Assembly (NCBI RefSeq): GCF_030684315.1 | Contig: NC_081358.1 | Coordinates: forward strand, 39,805,979-39,869,978 | Reading direction: 5' to 3' | Origin: Stegostoma tigrinum | Taxonomy: Eukaryota | DNA: 64,000 nt | Shown here: positions 1 through 14,155 of the stretch, piece after piece | Layout: every line of letters begins with the position of its first letter | Position numbering within the stretch: position 1 is the stretch's first letter | Made by a program: the position numbers and the translations under genes | Notes under the pieces: model-generated | Databases searched by the model: none | What the model saw: the letters and a program-made list of their open reading frames with translations, nothing else | Told to the model about the DNA's origin: nothing

Positions 1-3000
1 ATCCTCAGTAGGAGAACGTGGAGAACTGGTAATAGGCTGCACCTGATGAGAACAAGTACATTATGTTTGCATCCTTGGTCAGTGAGGTTGCTTCTATTCT
101 AACTAGGGATCTTGCCCTGAAACTCCTCCTTGTACAAATCCATCAGACAAAGAGCATCATATAATCTGCCAACTTTCTGAAGTGATATGTATTTCAACAT
201 CTCCAATTTGCATTTGTATAGCAGTTTTAAAGTGGTAGAATGTACCACTCTACTTCAAGTGTGTTATCAACAAAGGTTTGATATCAAGTCACACAAGGAG
301 AGATTAGGGCAAGTGGAAGTAGATTTTGAAAGAGTATTTTAAGAGGGTAGAAAGAGGCAGACAGATTCTAGAAATCTCAGTTCAAATGGCAGAAGGCACA
401 GCTGTCACTGAGGAAGAAGGGAAATCGGAAATGTCAAGTGGGCAGAAATGGAACAGCACAGAAATTGTAGAGGGTTATAAAGTTGCAGGGTTATAAAGTT
501 GCAGAAGTTTGAGATCTGATTGGATGAGGCCTTGGAGGGATTTGAATGCTTGCAATTTTAAATAGGAGGCATTGCTGGGTTGAGAATCAGTGGAGGTCAG
601 CAAGCACAGGGATGTGATGGCATATTGTGACTTGGTATGAGTTAGGATACAGGCAACAAAGCTTTAGCTATGCTGAAATTTATGCCAATGGATGGTTTTT
701 ATTTCAAACTTCTTTACAATTGCTAATAATTCTTTATACATCATGAGGAAAATGCAGATAGTTATTTGATAGAAGTTGGCTGTGATTATGTGATGTTCTT
801 TGCAATAATTCAATGACTGATGGATTTGTACAAGGAAAAGTGACTGATGTTTTTGAATTGATTAAACTTTTCATTTTCCCATCTCAAAAGACCTATATTG
901 TTATGGTACAGTTTCTCTCTGTGCATAGGGGATAAATTGATTCCCAATGTCAAAGAAAATAACACATTTTAATCTTTTTTTTCACCACTTTCACTGACTT
1001 TTTTCCCCCTCTTTTGTTGCTTATCATGTCAATATAATGTACAAGTGGAATAAATGAAATGGCGCCCCCAAATGAGGAAGCTTTGATGCAAGAATTACCT
1101 AGGCTATGTAGAATCACTTGGTTCTGTTCAGGGAAATCTAGGTAACACACGTGTTTGTTTCTGTGACATGCAATTTCTACTATCTTAACAGGCCACTTCC
1201 TCTGCTCTGAACAGTTGTCTATTTTTGAGTTAAACCAGACCTCTGGGAGGAAAAAAAAATCAAATGATTTCATCATGTTAAAAATGAAAAGCTGTAATTA
1301 CTTACAATTAAGCTTCAGTTCCATTCAACACCCCCCCCCCCCCCCGACACCATTGAAATTACATTTTTTTTCTAAAGCTCTGGGTCTTGTTCTAAATCAG
1401 TATAGTTTGAAAAGTAGGAAATAATTTTCTGTTCGGTTGAAAATTGATTTAATTTGTAATGCTGACCAGAGCTTGTGTGTTTTATTTTAAAAGGTAAAGG
1501 AGTTACTGCATGAAATAATGAATCCATTAAAGCCCGCTATTAGGATTTATTTATATAAATATGATTTTTCCTACATTTTTCTGGGCAGCAATGAATTAAA
1601 ACATGAAATACTTAAAACGTTAAGTAAATAGAAATAATAAATGTCAGGTTTGGAGAGGCTGATGTGTTTTAGTTGATAGTCATCTCAAAATTATTTCCAA
1701 GCCATATCATTGCAGGAAGCTGTGCAAGCTGCTCTCCTTAAGTGACCTCAAAGGGAAAAAGAAGAGGACACCGAAATCAACATTTGCAAGTAAGCGATAG
1801 CGATTATAATGTCAATGGTACCTTGTGGTCTGTGAACCTTCCAACTCCTGAACAATACCTTGGCATAGGGACAATGTGAACATGGTGCAGTTATTTGAGG
1901 CTCATCCTGGCAATTATCAAACTTGTGTTATAAGTACAGCTGCAAGAGATATTGTTTGGGGAGTCGCCGTATTGGTTTTCTGGATTCTACTCAAAGCAAG
2001 TGATCTCCCCCCACCTCTGGTACGATCCATTAAGAGTAGAGTCCCATATGTTACAGTTTGCTGGTGGCCTGATAATGTCACTGGCGCACTGCAGTCATGT
2101 TCCAGGCAGGAGTTGTCGCTGAAACTGTCACAGCTCCACAGCTTTTCTTGGCAACAATCTTTACATAATGATAACCTTGCAAAGCATTGCGCGAGACGTT
2201 TTAAAAAAAATACTGACCTAATGAGTGTTTTTATAATTATTGTTGGGGGAGGGGTAGAAAAAAAGTGTAATCTTGCAGTTAATGAAAGGTTTATGAACTG
2301 TCAATTTTATTGGAGAATTTTAAAGTACAATACAGTAGCACATAAGCTTACATGTTGGAAGATTTCTGACATTCTAAATGGAAAGGCTTTGTATATTCTA
2401 TAAGCAAATATCAAAGCTGACTTCATATATGCTATAATATTTAAAGTTGTGATTTATTTAAGTGGATACGATATAGTTACAATATTAAGGAACATTTATT
2501 TGTATTTTGGATTCACATCTTTCAAAAACTTTTTCAAATATATATTTTTCACTGCTTGCCCCCTTCTCCACTGCACCTTTTGATACTGGTTTGCCAATTG
2601 ATTTGTATCTACTGTTTTTGTGCAATTTAATCAGAGTACAGCTATAGTTTTTAGCATTGTTTTGTGCAAATGTCCTTTTATGTCAAGTGCTTGGAATTGC
2701 TTAAAGCAACATGTGCAGAAAATCATCTTGTATTTATTTGATGGGTGATTGCTCTTTTTTGTTCCCTCGTATTGCAGTAATTGCACAGAGCAGTACCAAA
2801 TAGTTCATGGTCTTGCACTGAAATGACTAGATTAAAAATCAGAATTGTGCAACAATGACATTATAGCAATAGTGCAGATTAACCTCAACCAATGCTTTTG
2901 TTATATTCAGAAAAGTTTTTTTTTTCTTAAATATAATGGGCTTTAACCCAAAGCTAAATCATTTACTACAAGGCAAAAATTAAGAGTGTGGTTGGATACT

Positions 3001-6000
3001 TTCATCTTTTGTGGATGAATGCAGCTTGAAGTTCAAAAAAACAGTCTGCTTGATCAGCACCCAACTTACCACCAACACCGATGCACAGTGGCAAAATGTA
3101 TGCACCCATCTAAAAGATGGGCCACAGCAATTCACTAAGGCTCCTTCAATAGTACTTCCAAATCCACAACTTCTGCTACTTAGCAGAATAAAGGTGGAAA
3201 ATGCACAGGAACGTGGCCACTTGTGAGTTGCGAAAGTTCCTGACTTGGAAAAATATGGTTGTTTCTTCATTGTGGCCGGATTAAAATTCTGAAACTTCCT
3301 TCGTAACAGCACAGTGGATGCACCTCCACGACATGGATTATACAGGTTCATGACGTTGGCTCACATACAGCGAGGACAATTTTTAATGGCATTAAATGCT
3401 AGTTTTGCCAGTGTGGGAAGGGAAGGATTTGTTGTTTTCAAAATAGCCACCGTCCTTGCTTAGGAGGAAATATATTCTTAACGTTTAATTTTGTTTTTCC
3501 TTGAGCTGACTCACGTTAATGAGAAATCTTGGGTGCTTATGAATTAAAATCAGGCAAGGATTATATTAAGTGTATTTATTATTCGGGAAAGGGAATGGTG
3601 ATCTTATTTCCAACAGTGAAGTTCATTCATGCTTTTGTTCAATTATTTACTTTGCTACGCATAGAATACCATTAAGCTGAATCAAGCGGGACATCAGTAT
3701 TTTTCCACACACTATTTCTCCCCATGAGCCTATCAGAAATTTCATTCTTCTTTATTTCTGATTAGGTCATGTATTCCTTCCCAGTTTTCCTGTACCATAA
3801 ACTGTCTGTGGTCGGGAAGGTATGTGTGTTGCAAGGAAGAGAAGGGAGTTACCTGCCCTGGACCTCCAATGGGACTTTGTTGTACATTACATTGGTGCCA
3901 TTTCTTATGATTGAAGGGTCTATTTGGACATCTTTTTTCACACCTCGTAACTGGAATGAAACGGCGAATTTATTTAAAATACAAGTTTTAGTCATTTTGT
4001 GTGAAAATATGCTTTTTAATAGAAGCTTACTTTTACAGTTCTACAGTCTCTCTTTGTTTTATTTTGCCCATTTTTATCTCCCTGTTCTCTTTTTACTTGT
4101 GGATGGCCCCTCTTACTGTGTCTCTTTACACCCCCCTCAACCATCTCTGTATCTCCCTCGCTGTCCAAACCCTGTCAGTGTCTCAACTCTCTTTCGCCTC
4201 TTACTCTGTCACTCTTCTCTGTCTCTCATTCCACCTATCTTTGCTTTTCTCATGTCTGGAATAGGTATATTCTGTCCAATTTACAACCTGAAATACCTTC
4301 AGGAAAATAAAAGTTTAATGTGGAAATCATTTTGAATGAAGCTGCACATAATGTGCCTGCTTCGTATTCTACTTGGGTGTTTGTTCTCCTATTTCCTGTT
4401 ACCCCTGTTTTTCCTGTCCATCTTTCACTTGTGTGTTTGTTAAATTGATGCACTGTATAAATGTTAATCATCTTTTATAAAATATGTTTCAGACTGCACA
4501 GAGTTTTATGTAAGATAAGATGTGAGCAAAGCTGAACAACTGATCCAAATCTGAGATATTGCACATTTGTCATAAATTCAACTGACTATAAAGCATGCAC
4601 AGTACATACAATTTGCTTTCTCTTTGTTCTCCTTGGCCCAGTTCAAGCTGCATTTACCCTAATGCTACAAATGGAGTGTTTTCTTTATACAAAATAACAT
4701 TCTTGACACACCTATCAACTAAACGTTACTTAGATTTTGTTGGCAAAATTCTTTTTTTTAAAAAGAATTTAACAGGGTTTGAATGTCAATCTTCATTGTA
4801 TTTGACTTTGACCAGTTCTTTTAGAGCAGTTTTAAAAGCATTGATCAGAGCTGTTATATTAATTAAAGACACTTTTTTGCAACTTCAGCATGTCCCAAAG
4901 CACTCTACAGTCAATGTAAAAGTTAAAATGTAGTCACTATTCTAATGTCAGAAAATGTGGTGGCCAATCCTTTGACAACAAGGTCAGACGAATAGTGAAG
5001 GGGTAGTGACCAGGTTTTCCCATATTGTCTGTGACATAAGCACTGACAAGAAGATTTTCACTGCTCCCCTGAAATAGCTAGATGAAAGTCTTCCGCTGCT
5101 CCTTGATATGGCTGTGGATGTTATTTTTTAGCATCCACCTGAGAGGGTTGACTTGACCTTGGCCCAATGTCTCATCCAGAAGATGTCACTCCCAACAGTG
5201 CTGTCATCCCCCTTAAAAGCTTGTGTTTTTTTTGACAAAGTCGTTGTTCATTTTTAAGCTTTGAGCTCCTTTTAGCACTTGCATCTGTCATTCCTGGTGT
5301 TCTGCATGTGGAAAATATTTTTTGAGTGTCAATTAAATTTATGCAAACTTTTGTAAACCTAAAGCATGTCTTTTTCTATCATACATGTTTGCATCATCTG
5401 CTGTTCCTCTTGGATGCCAGTCCTTTCCACAGCTCCTATAAAGCAATCGCAGAAGTACCTTCTAATGCTGCAGACCTCGTGCTTTAATTTTTCAGGTGAT
5501 GTTACTTAGACTGCACTGTTTGTCCTCTGATTCTGTTGGTGTGAGAAAATTAGGTTGCAATTGCATACTGATGGCAGAATCAAAATTAAGATAAAGGTGC
5601 CAGAGTGTTGCCAGATCGTAAGGTGGTTTAATCAGAGGATTAGCATACCTCAGTCGAAGGGTGAGATTGAGAGGTTGAGTCCTTCATGTCAATCGCAGTG
5701 TTGGAATTGAACCCATGCTGTTGGCATCAGTCCACTTTACAAACCACCCATTCACCCGACTGAGCTATCTGACACCCCTGCTTGCAGAATAACATGGGCT
5801 TTAAGTGAGCATCTGATTTACCTGGAATGGAGGTTTTCTGATCAGGCATAGACCACCCAAATGGAGATGATAGAAAACTAAAAGTGCACTCTAATTGCAA
5901 GATATAAAGTTCCTTTGGAGAATGTTAAAGTTAGCACCTGTCACATGTGGTGTGTTTCCATTGGAATAAGTTGTTATTTTCAGATGCAAGCAACACCTAT

Positions 6001-6455
6001 AGTACCTTCATGTTTGATGTTACATGTTGGTGCTTGTAGTTATGGAGAGTTTGTCGAATTTTCTACCAAGATTGTAAGATAAGTATCCTCCAAGGGATTC
6101 TATGTTGACTGTTCAATAAAAATTTTGTAGGGTGACCCACCCTATTTTAATCATTTAATCTATCATTCAAAATCTCTGCTGATGTAACATGCATAAACAA
6201 AGTCTGCTTCAATTACTGTAAACCAGAGAAACAGACTTTAATTCAAATCTCACACAATGTTGGCATATGGCCTTTCCAAAGAAACTCCTTGACCTTAATA
6301 CTCCTGAATAGTGGTTATATTTGTATCTCTGCCCGAAAAACAGAGAACTGACATACTGCCTGAGGAGGTTTGGCAATACATTTCCATACTTGTCGTTGCT
6401 CATCAGAGAACGAATATCTGTGTAAAATGAAAAACAAACAGGAAATACTGGAGAA

Positions 6456-6743
6456 AGTGGTTAGCACTGCAGCCTCACAGCGCCAGGGACCTGGGTTCAA
6501 TTGCAGCCTCGGGCGACTGTCTGTGCGGAGTTTGCACGTTCTCCCCGTGTCTGCTTGGGTTTTCTCTGGGTGCTTCGGTTTCCTCCCACAGTCCAAAGAT
6601 GTGCAGGCTAGGTGGATTGGCCAAGCTAAATTGCCCGTAGTGTTTAGGGTGTGTGGGTTATAGGGGAATCGGTCTGGGTGGGATGCCGCAAGGGGCGGCG
6701 TGGACTTGCTGTAGAGAATTTAATCTAATCTAATCTAATCTAA
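6456..6743 (+). mobile_element. HE1-like tRNA-derived SINE (V-SINE), slightly 5'-truncated
   Basis: GTGGTTAGCACTGCAGCCTCACAGCGCCAGGGACCTGGGTTCAATT (A/B-box region), GGAGTTTGCACGTTCTCCCCGTGTCTGC core and a (TAATC)4 tail. Confidence 0.88.
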
Positions 6744-6836
6744 AATTTAGCAGATTTGACAACATCTGTGTATAGGTAGAGGGAAACAGTTAATGTTTTG
6801 ACTCTGACCTTCAAAACTGGGATAAGTTAGTGATGT

Positions 6837-7027
6837 CGGGATAGTAGGAACTGCAGATGCTGGAGATCTGAGATAACAAACTGTGTAGAGGTGGATGAAC
6901 ACAGCAGTCCAAACAGCATCAGAGGAGCAGGAAGGCTGACGTTTTGGACCTAGACCCTTCTTCAGAGAGGGTCTTCGGATTGTTGCATGGCCTGCTGTGT
7001 TCATCCAGCTTCATACCTTGTTTTCTC
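6837..7027. mobile_element. Palindromic PLE-terminus mini-insertion (older subfamily, decayed HHR)
   Basis: A minus-strand tail plus HHR is joined to a plus-strand partial arm. TSD TAAGTTAGTGATGT at 6823-6836 and 7028-7041. Confidence 0.88.
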
Positions 7028-8524
7028 TAAGTTAGTGATGTGATAAGTTTTGAGCAAGACACAGTTAGGACAAGGTCAAGAGAAAAGTCTGTAATTGGGT
7101 GGAAGACTGAAAAAATTGAATGACAGAAACGTTGATCTTCTAGAGCCAAAGGGAATGAGATGGGCCAAGAAATGTTTCCGGTCTGAATTTATTAAATTGA
7201 CTTGAGGTGGAAAGCTGTAAAGTGCCTAATAGAAAGATGAGGTGCTGTTCCTCAAGTCTGCATTAAGTTTCACCAAATCATTGCAACAGGCGAAGGACAG
7301 AAATGGTAGCCTGAAAGCAAGGTGGAAAATTAAATGATAGGCCACTGGAACCATGCCTGTCGACAGAACAGACATGTTTGCGAAAGAGATGATACTGTTT
7401 GAATTTGGTCGTCTTAATATAGAAGATAACACATTGTGAGCAGTAAATTAGATCGAAAGCAGTATACATAAATCATTAATGGAGATAACAAAGTGTGGAG
7501 CTGTAAATCATTACTTGGGAGGGGAGGTAAAAGTGCAGATGTTACATCTGCATTTCCTGGAGAAGGTGCTTAGGTGATCAGTTGTTGGAGATTGTGAACT
7601 GAACCAAGGTATCATGGAGGGAGTGGAGGGCAAGACTTGTTTGGTAATGGAGTCATGCTGAAGGTAGCAAAAATAGCAGAAAATATTTCATTGAATGGAA
7701 AGACTGTTGAGGTGGAAGATGAGGACAAGGAGACCTCTGTTATGGTTAACAGAAGGAGGGTAAGGGTGAGAGCAGAAGTGTGGGACATGTGGGAACAGGG
7801 GCCAGGTCAACCACAGTGAGGTAAATCCTAATTTCAGGAATAAAGATTTCTTAGGAGCATTGTTGTTTAATACTGCATCATTAGGACAGATGTCATGGTG
7901 GATACAGATTAACTGAGAGTGTAGAGTGGGGTCCCATAGAGAATTGGGTGTAAATTAGTATATGATATCTATGCATTCTTCTTTGCCTCGCAGGCGGTGG
8001 AGGAAATGGCAATAGTGTGTGTTTGATCAGCTTCTTCCCTTTGTTTCATGAGGCAATATTGTGCCTCTCTAAGAATTTTCCTCATGTCCTCTTGATAGTT
8101 GTGATTTCTTTTATGACAATTGCTCTTGGTTTTGGTTATCATTTTAATTGTCTTCTACCTAGATGCCAGTGGGCTTGGGATTGATAGGTGAATATGATTT
8201 GCCAACCTTGCCCTTATTTGCAGTAAAGTTTTTTTTGATTACCTTAATTTACATGTAGAACATGAGAAATCAGCTCAGAGTGCGTTGGAATAATCAAGTG
8301 CAGAAGATAAAGTGATAGATGAGAGTTTCAGCAGCCTGTGAGCTGAAATAGGAGTCTAATGCTGTTAATGGTCGAGGGGTGAATATTGTTCATGACATCG
8401 TGAAGATTTTCTTGCTTTTTGAAGCAGGCAAACTGGACTTTGATTGAATGGCATTTTGAGCAATTAAAACTCTATCAGCATGTCACTGATGTGTAAGTCT
8501 ACTTTACAAGCTTAAGTTTCTTAA

Positions 8525-9809
8525 GTGGGATTGGAAAAGGTTATAAGGGATAGGATTTATAATCATCTAGAAAAGAATAAATTGATTAGGGATAGTCAGC
8601 ACGGTTTTGTCAAGGGAAGGTCATGCCTCACAAACCGCATTGAGTTCTTTGAGAAGGTGACCAAACAGGTAGATGAGAGTAAACCGGTTGATGTGGTGTA
8701 TATGGATTTCAGCAAGGCGTTCGATAAGGTTCCCCACAATAGGCTATTGTACAAAATGCAGAGGAATGGGATTGTGGGAGACATAGCAGTTTGGATCGGA
8801 AATTGGCTTGCTGAAAGAAGACAGAGGGTGGTAGTTGATGGGAAATGTTCATCCTGGAGACCAGTTACTAGTGGTGTACCGCAAGGGTCGGTGTTGGGTC
8901 CACTGCTGTTTGTCATTTTTATAAATGACGTGGAAGTTGCCACCCAGGTTGACAAGATAATAAAGTGTGAAGCTGGATGAACACAGCAGGCCAAGCAGCA
9001 TCTCAGGAGCACAAAAGCTGACATATCAGGCTTAGACCCTTTTTCATATCTCTGATGAAGGGTCTAGGCCCGAAACGTCAGCTTTTGTGCTCCTGAGATG
9101 CTGCTTGGCCTGCTGTGTTCATCCAGCTTCACACTTTATTATCTTGGATTCTCCAGCATCTGCAGTTCCCATTATGTCACCCAGGTTGACAGGGCTGTTA
9201 AGAAGGCACACAGTGTTTTAGCTTTTATTAATAGAGGGATCGAGTTCCGGAACCAAGAGGTTATGGGGAAGCTGTACAAAACTCTGGTGCGGCTGCACTT
9301 GGAGTATTGCGTACAGTTCTGGTCACTGCATTATAAGAAGGACGTGGATGCTTTGGAAAGGCTGCAGAGGAGATTTACTAGGATGTTGCCTAGTATGGAG
9401 GGAAGGTCTTATGAAGAAAGGCTGAGGGACTTGAGGCTGTTTTCATTAGAGAGAAGAAGGTTGAGAGGTGACTTAATTGAAACATATGAAATAATCAGAG
9501 GGTTGGAGAGGGAGAGCCTTTTTCCTAGGATGGTGACGGCGAGCACGAGGGGGCATAGCTTTAAATTGAGGGGTGAAAGATATAGGACAGATGTCCGAGG
9601 TAGTTTCTTTACTCAGAGAGTAGTAAGGGAATGGAACGCTTTGCCTGCAACGGTCGTAGATTTGCCAACTTTAGGTACATTTAAGTCGTCATTGGATAAG
9701 CATATGGATGTACGTGGAATAGTGTAGGTTAGATGGGCTTCAGATCGGTATGACAGGTCGGCACAACATCAAGGGCCGAAGGGCCTGTACTGTGCTGTTA
9801 TGTTCTATG
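8525..9809 (+). mobile_element. CR1/HER1-type LINE, 5'-truncated ORF2 with internal deletion
   Basis: [48 protein letters not shown], then a jump to the C-terminal region (FADD motif deleted). Ends ...GGCCTGTACTGTGCTGTTATGTTCTATG. Confidence 0.92.
8955..9177. mobile_element. Palindromic PLE-terminus mini-insertion with an intact HHR core (9052-9079, +)
   Basis: Two head-to-head copies of the PLE 3' terminus. TSD CACCCAGGTTGACA at 8941-8954 and 9178-9191. Interrupts a CR1 ORF2. Confidence 0.9.
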
Positions 9810-11969
9810 AACCCTTGTAATTGTGATTTAGAGGGGAAAATGAGTTAGATGTCCAGTCTGTGTGTTATTCTCATGTGAACACGAACAGATATTGAACTTG
9901 GAGAAATGGGCTGTTTGTTTTTTTTTAATGTATGCCTGAGTCATGATTTAGTGGGTAGCACTCACCTCTTAGTCAGAAGTCCGTGGGTTCATGATCTTCA
10001 CCAGTGGCTTGAGAAAAAAATTGAGGCTAACGCTTCATTGAAGCAGTGAGAGCAGTTTTGCACACTGAGGTACCATCTTACAGAAAATAATTGGGCAAAT
10101 ACTGCAAACTGGAAACTTGGGAGGCCTGTGGAGAAAACTAGACAAAGAGAAGAGGAATGAGTGACTGATGAAATGAGCATTGCAAACATAACCTGTGTCT
10201 TGTTCATCTCAGATGTGTTCTGCACCTCATGACTCACAACAAGAAGAGCGATATTCTTATTTGATCCATCCATCAATGTTTTATAACAAAACCCTATTTC
10301 AAAAAAATTTCTCCTTGTCATGCCAAAACTTCTAATGTCAATCAGAAAAATGTAGTTGTTGATTGTACTGTGAAATTGTTTTGCTTTACTAAACAGGAGC
10401 TTCCCTGAAAGGCCTGTAGGAAACTTGTCTGTCACATTTGTTAAAGATCTCAGTAGCCATTCTTATGTAGAGATGCCTTGTCCAAACCACAGATAGTACC
10501 TCCTTGATGCAGCAATCAAATATCTCTCCATACCAACATTCGCTTAAAGAGAATCTGGCTTTTGTTCATTGCAGGTTCTGACCCATAGTCTGTAGTCAGG
10601 ATCTGTGAATTCATCTTAGAGAATGTAATTTTATCCTCTGTAGACGGTGGGGAGTTTGAGTTTGAGAATAATTATGTCAATAAATACCTTGGGTTCAGAC
10701 CGAATGCCTGAGAGTATATTTTTCAGTTACGCAAATTGAAATTCCAAATGTTCAGGAAGTTGAGGTAAAGTGGACAGTCTGTTGCTGTGATTGTTTGCAA
10801 TTTGTTTATTACTCACTGAAGGTACAGTTGGACTGATCTCAAAAGTTGTGCTAGACGTGGAAAGCACAGTCGGAAGTATCATCATCAGCACCACAGTGTA
10901 CTAGCTGTATCTCTGACCTGCACTCCCATTGGTGATCGCAGTCTGCTCGGACTATGCACTTCTGTGTCTTAATCTTTCTCCTGATGACAGCTCCAGGGGC
11001 GCCTCAAACTCCCTTGCCATTTTCATTCTTTCCTAGCCTCTCCTACTGCTATACTAAATCAAGTCCAAATATTAAAATAGTGAATTTAGTGTAAGAAAGT
11101 TTATTATTGTAACGTAAACCCAAAACAACTCAATGAAGTGTTCATGAGCAACTTTGATTTTTTTAAGTTGTATTTTTTTTAATATCATGGAAATATGTGA
11201 CGCAGGTGATAGCTGTATCATATAAGTCTGCTGAGAAGAATTATCTAGCCTTAGCATATAGTAGGATATTGATTTATGACTCGATTTGTTATCATGCGCT
11301 CAATGGCAAAATAAGTGAATATTCATTTTTAGATGTTGTTGAAGCATCCTACATGTACAACCCTTTCAGGAGTGGTCACTGTTGTAATGTAGGAAAAGAT
11401 GCTGCCAATTTACAAGATGTCATGCACAACATTAGATAAATGGGCAGAATTTTTTTCTGATGATAACTCGGAAAAAGTATTGGCCAGAATTCTAGGTTAA
11501 CACACCTGCACTTCTTCAAAATAGCACCAAGGGATCTATCGTTCCTCTGAGAGAGTAGACGGAAGGCCTGTGGCTCATCTGACAGTGCAGCACTCAGTGT
11601 TGTACCAGACTTGTTGGCTTTCATTTGTCTGTTGTTCAGTGGCTCAGTGGGATTTGAACCAATAATGTTTGGAGATGTAAGTGTTACCCCACCAAACCAT
11701 TGTTGACGTGATGCGTCAGATACTGTTGAGTTTTGATAGTTGTATGAAATTACTTGCTATCTCTGAAAATGCTGGAGTAGTGTCACTTCTAGCAATTGAT
11801 TTTACTGAGGATGAAGAAGAAGGGACAACATGAAAATCTGTCCTCAAGTGGATGGCTGACCTGAAATGTAGGGACATTGACAGGATTCATCTCAGGATAA
11901 CAAATGAAAGTGTGGGTTGTATTTTTCTATCCCCAGTGTACATGATGGTGCCGTTGTCCAGCACGATTG

Positions 11970-13580
11970 TCATGTCATTTAGGAACATCCGGGGCAAGGT
12001 GACATAACCTTAAAATCAGAGCCAGGTCATTTAGGACAGAGGTTGAGAAGCGCTTTTTCTCACTAAGGGTGAATAAGTGTGAAATTCTGTCCCTCAGATC
12101 GGAAAACCATAGCTCAATTAATGCTTTTAAACTGGAATCAGTATATTTTTCATGACATGTTTCGTAAGGGTTAAAGGGAGTTGGTATATAGATCAGCCGT
12201 GATTTAATTGAATGATAGAACATGCTCAAGGGATCAAAAGCCTACGCATGTTCTTAATTTCTAAACATCAGTATGAGGGGATGTTAACTCATCACAGCTT
12301 AATGTCTTAAAGGAGGTCCAATAGCGCCATTGGGCCTAGGGAAGTGTTGCAGAAGTGCAGCTCATGTCATGAACATACATATGGAAGTCGACCACCTGTC
12401 TTTAGATGCTGTCGCACAGTGATTTACATAATATCCCATTGCTATGTATTGTTTCAATTAAACTAAGCTGAAGGATGAGCATTAATCAAGATAACATGCC
12501 TCAAAGAAGATAAATTCTACTGATGCGTTCTTTGTGTAATAGCTCACTCGGCAACATTTGTATGTCTTGTACCAGATGGTTGTGGATTCAACTTTTTGCT
12601 CCAGAATCTGCCTTTTTAAATGGAAAGACATCCCACAGCACTTTTTCAAAGAAGTGTCCAAACCAATATTTATCCCTCAATCAACTAAAACAAGAAGGAT
12701 TATCTTGTTTTTATTTGTAGAAGCTTGCTATGTGTAAAATTGTTGCCTTGTGCAAATAGGAGATGTGTGCCATCTGATTACCCATAATCAGTATATTTTT
12801 AAGGAAAGAAGCTGAGGCAAATATATCCTTTCTTAGGCAGGGAGACCAAAACTGTATGCAGTAGTGCAGGCTTGGTCTCACCAAGTCTCTGTATGACTGC
12901 AGTAAGACATCCATACTTTGAAGTCAAATCCACTTGTGACAAAGGCCAGTAATATATCTTTTACCTCCCTATTGCTTGCTACACCTGCCTTTCCACTTCC
13001 ACTGACTGATGTACACTCAGATCTCCTTGTACATACACAATTTCCAAAATTTAAAATAATCATTTAAATAGTCCTGTTCCTTTCTGTTTTTCCTACCGAT
13101 GTGTATAACTTTACCATGTTGTATTATATTTGCCATGTCTTTGCTTACTCACTCAACTTGTCTAAACCACCTTGAAGTCTCCTTGTATTCTCCTTACAAT
13201 TCACAATCCTGTCCAGTTTTGCATCACCAGCATACTTGGAAATGTTGCATTTTGTTCCCTCATTCTAGTCATTTATATATATTGTCATGAATAGTTGGAG
13301 CCAAAGTATTGATCCTTGTGGTACCACAGTAGTCATCACCTCCCACTTGGTAAAATACCCATTTATCTTCTGTTTTCTGCCTGTCACCAACTCTTGATCT
13401 GTATCAATATGTCAACATCTCCCCCCACCAACCTGTCCCACAGTCTATAATTTTTCCCTCTAACCTCTTATCAAAAGCTTCCGACATCCACTCATTTTAC
13501 CTTATCTGTCCTACTAGTTACATCCTTAAAATACTTTAGTAGATTTGTTAAGCATATTCGCCTTTCATAAACCCTTTAGG
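11970..13580. mobile_element. Decayed CR1 fragments (+ at ~11970-12260; - at ~12830-13580)
   Basis: Minus-strand fragment YRDLVRPSLHYCIQFWSP; the plus fragment resembles the CR1 ORF2 C-terminus and 3'UTR. Confidence 0.65.
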
Positions 13581-14032
13581 TTTTAATAGCTTTGTTCAAT
13601 CCTGTGGAAAAGCTTGGCCTGGATTGGAGACTATACAATAAACAAGTACAAAAAAATTAATAGATTTAGCAAATAAAGATTTGATCATTCTGGTAGTTTT
13701 TGTTTGGAAGTTGAGAAAAGTGGTAATGAGAGGATCATTTGTGGCATTGTGACCATTGTTTTCAGTGTTTGTTAATTTGAAAATACTGCTCACCATTTTA
13801 CTGCAGTATCTGCCAAGAACAACATGAGTGATTCTGCTAATTCAAATAGTTCAGCATTTTTCACCCAATTTTATTTATAATAAGGGGAAATAAACATGCA
13901 AGAGCAAAACTCTAGTACTCTGAGAATTGTTGTCAGTGTTAAATTAGCGCAAACAAAATGAAAACTGAGGAACCTTGTGTCAAATAAAATACATAGGATG
14001 GAGTGGTAGGGAAGTGGGATGGTGGCTGTTTT

Positions 14033-14155
14033 GGAGATAGTTGGAACTGCAGATGCTGGAGAATTTGAGATAACCTCTAGGCCCAAAATTTTGGCCTTCC
14101 TGCTCCTCTGCTGCTTGACCTGCAGTGTTCATCCAGCTCTACACCTTGTTATCTC
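14033..14155. mobile_element. PLE-terminus mini-insertion, inverted junction, decayed
   Basis: GAGATAGTTGGAACTGCAGATGCTGG (minus tail) is followed by a plus arm ending ACACCTTGTTATCTC. Degenerate TSD TGGTGGCTGTTTT / TGGTGGTCATTTT. Confidence 0.75.

Larger units (their letters stand above)
6425..7950 (-). pseudogene. Old, highly decayed PLE, interrupted by a SINE and a mini-palindrome
   Basis: The reverse complement of 7214-7256 encodes LEEQHLIFLLGTLQ (PLE endonuclease C-terminus). Tail-like pieces at 6425-6455 and 6746-6820. Confidence 0.65.

Noticed and set aside
2005-2024. CTCF-like motif CCCCCACCTCTGGT
   Set aside because: Only a partial match, expected by chance in 64 kb.
3769-4335. 188-aa hydrophobic ORF
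   Set aside because: Derived from a CT/T-rich low-complexity tract; no domain or splice support.
8955-9177. Classical MITE or miRNA hairpin
   Set aside because: The arms are PLE 3' termini and asymmetric, and TSD length varies between copies, unlike DNA-transposon MITEs; no miRNA evidence.
9098-9727. 209-aa ORF starting [10 protein letters not shown]
   Set aside because: The ATG comes from the inserted PLE terminus and reads into the CR1 ORF2 remnant; a chimeric artefact.
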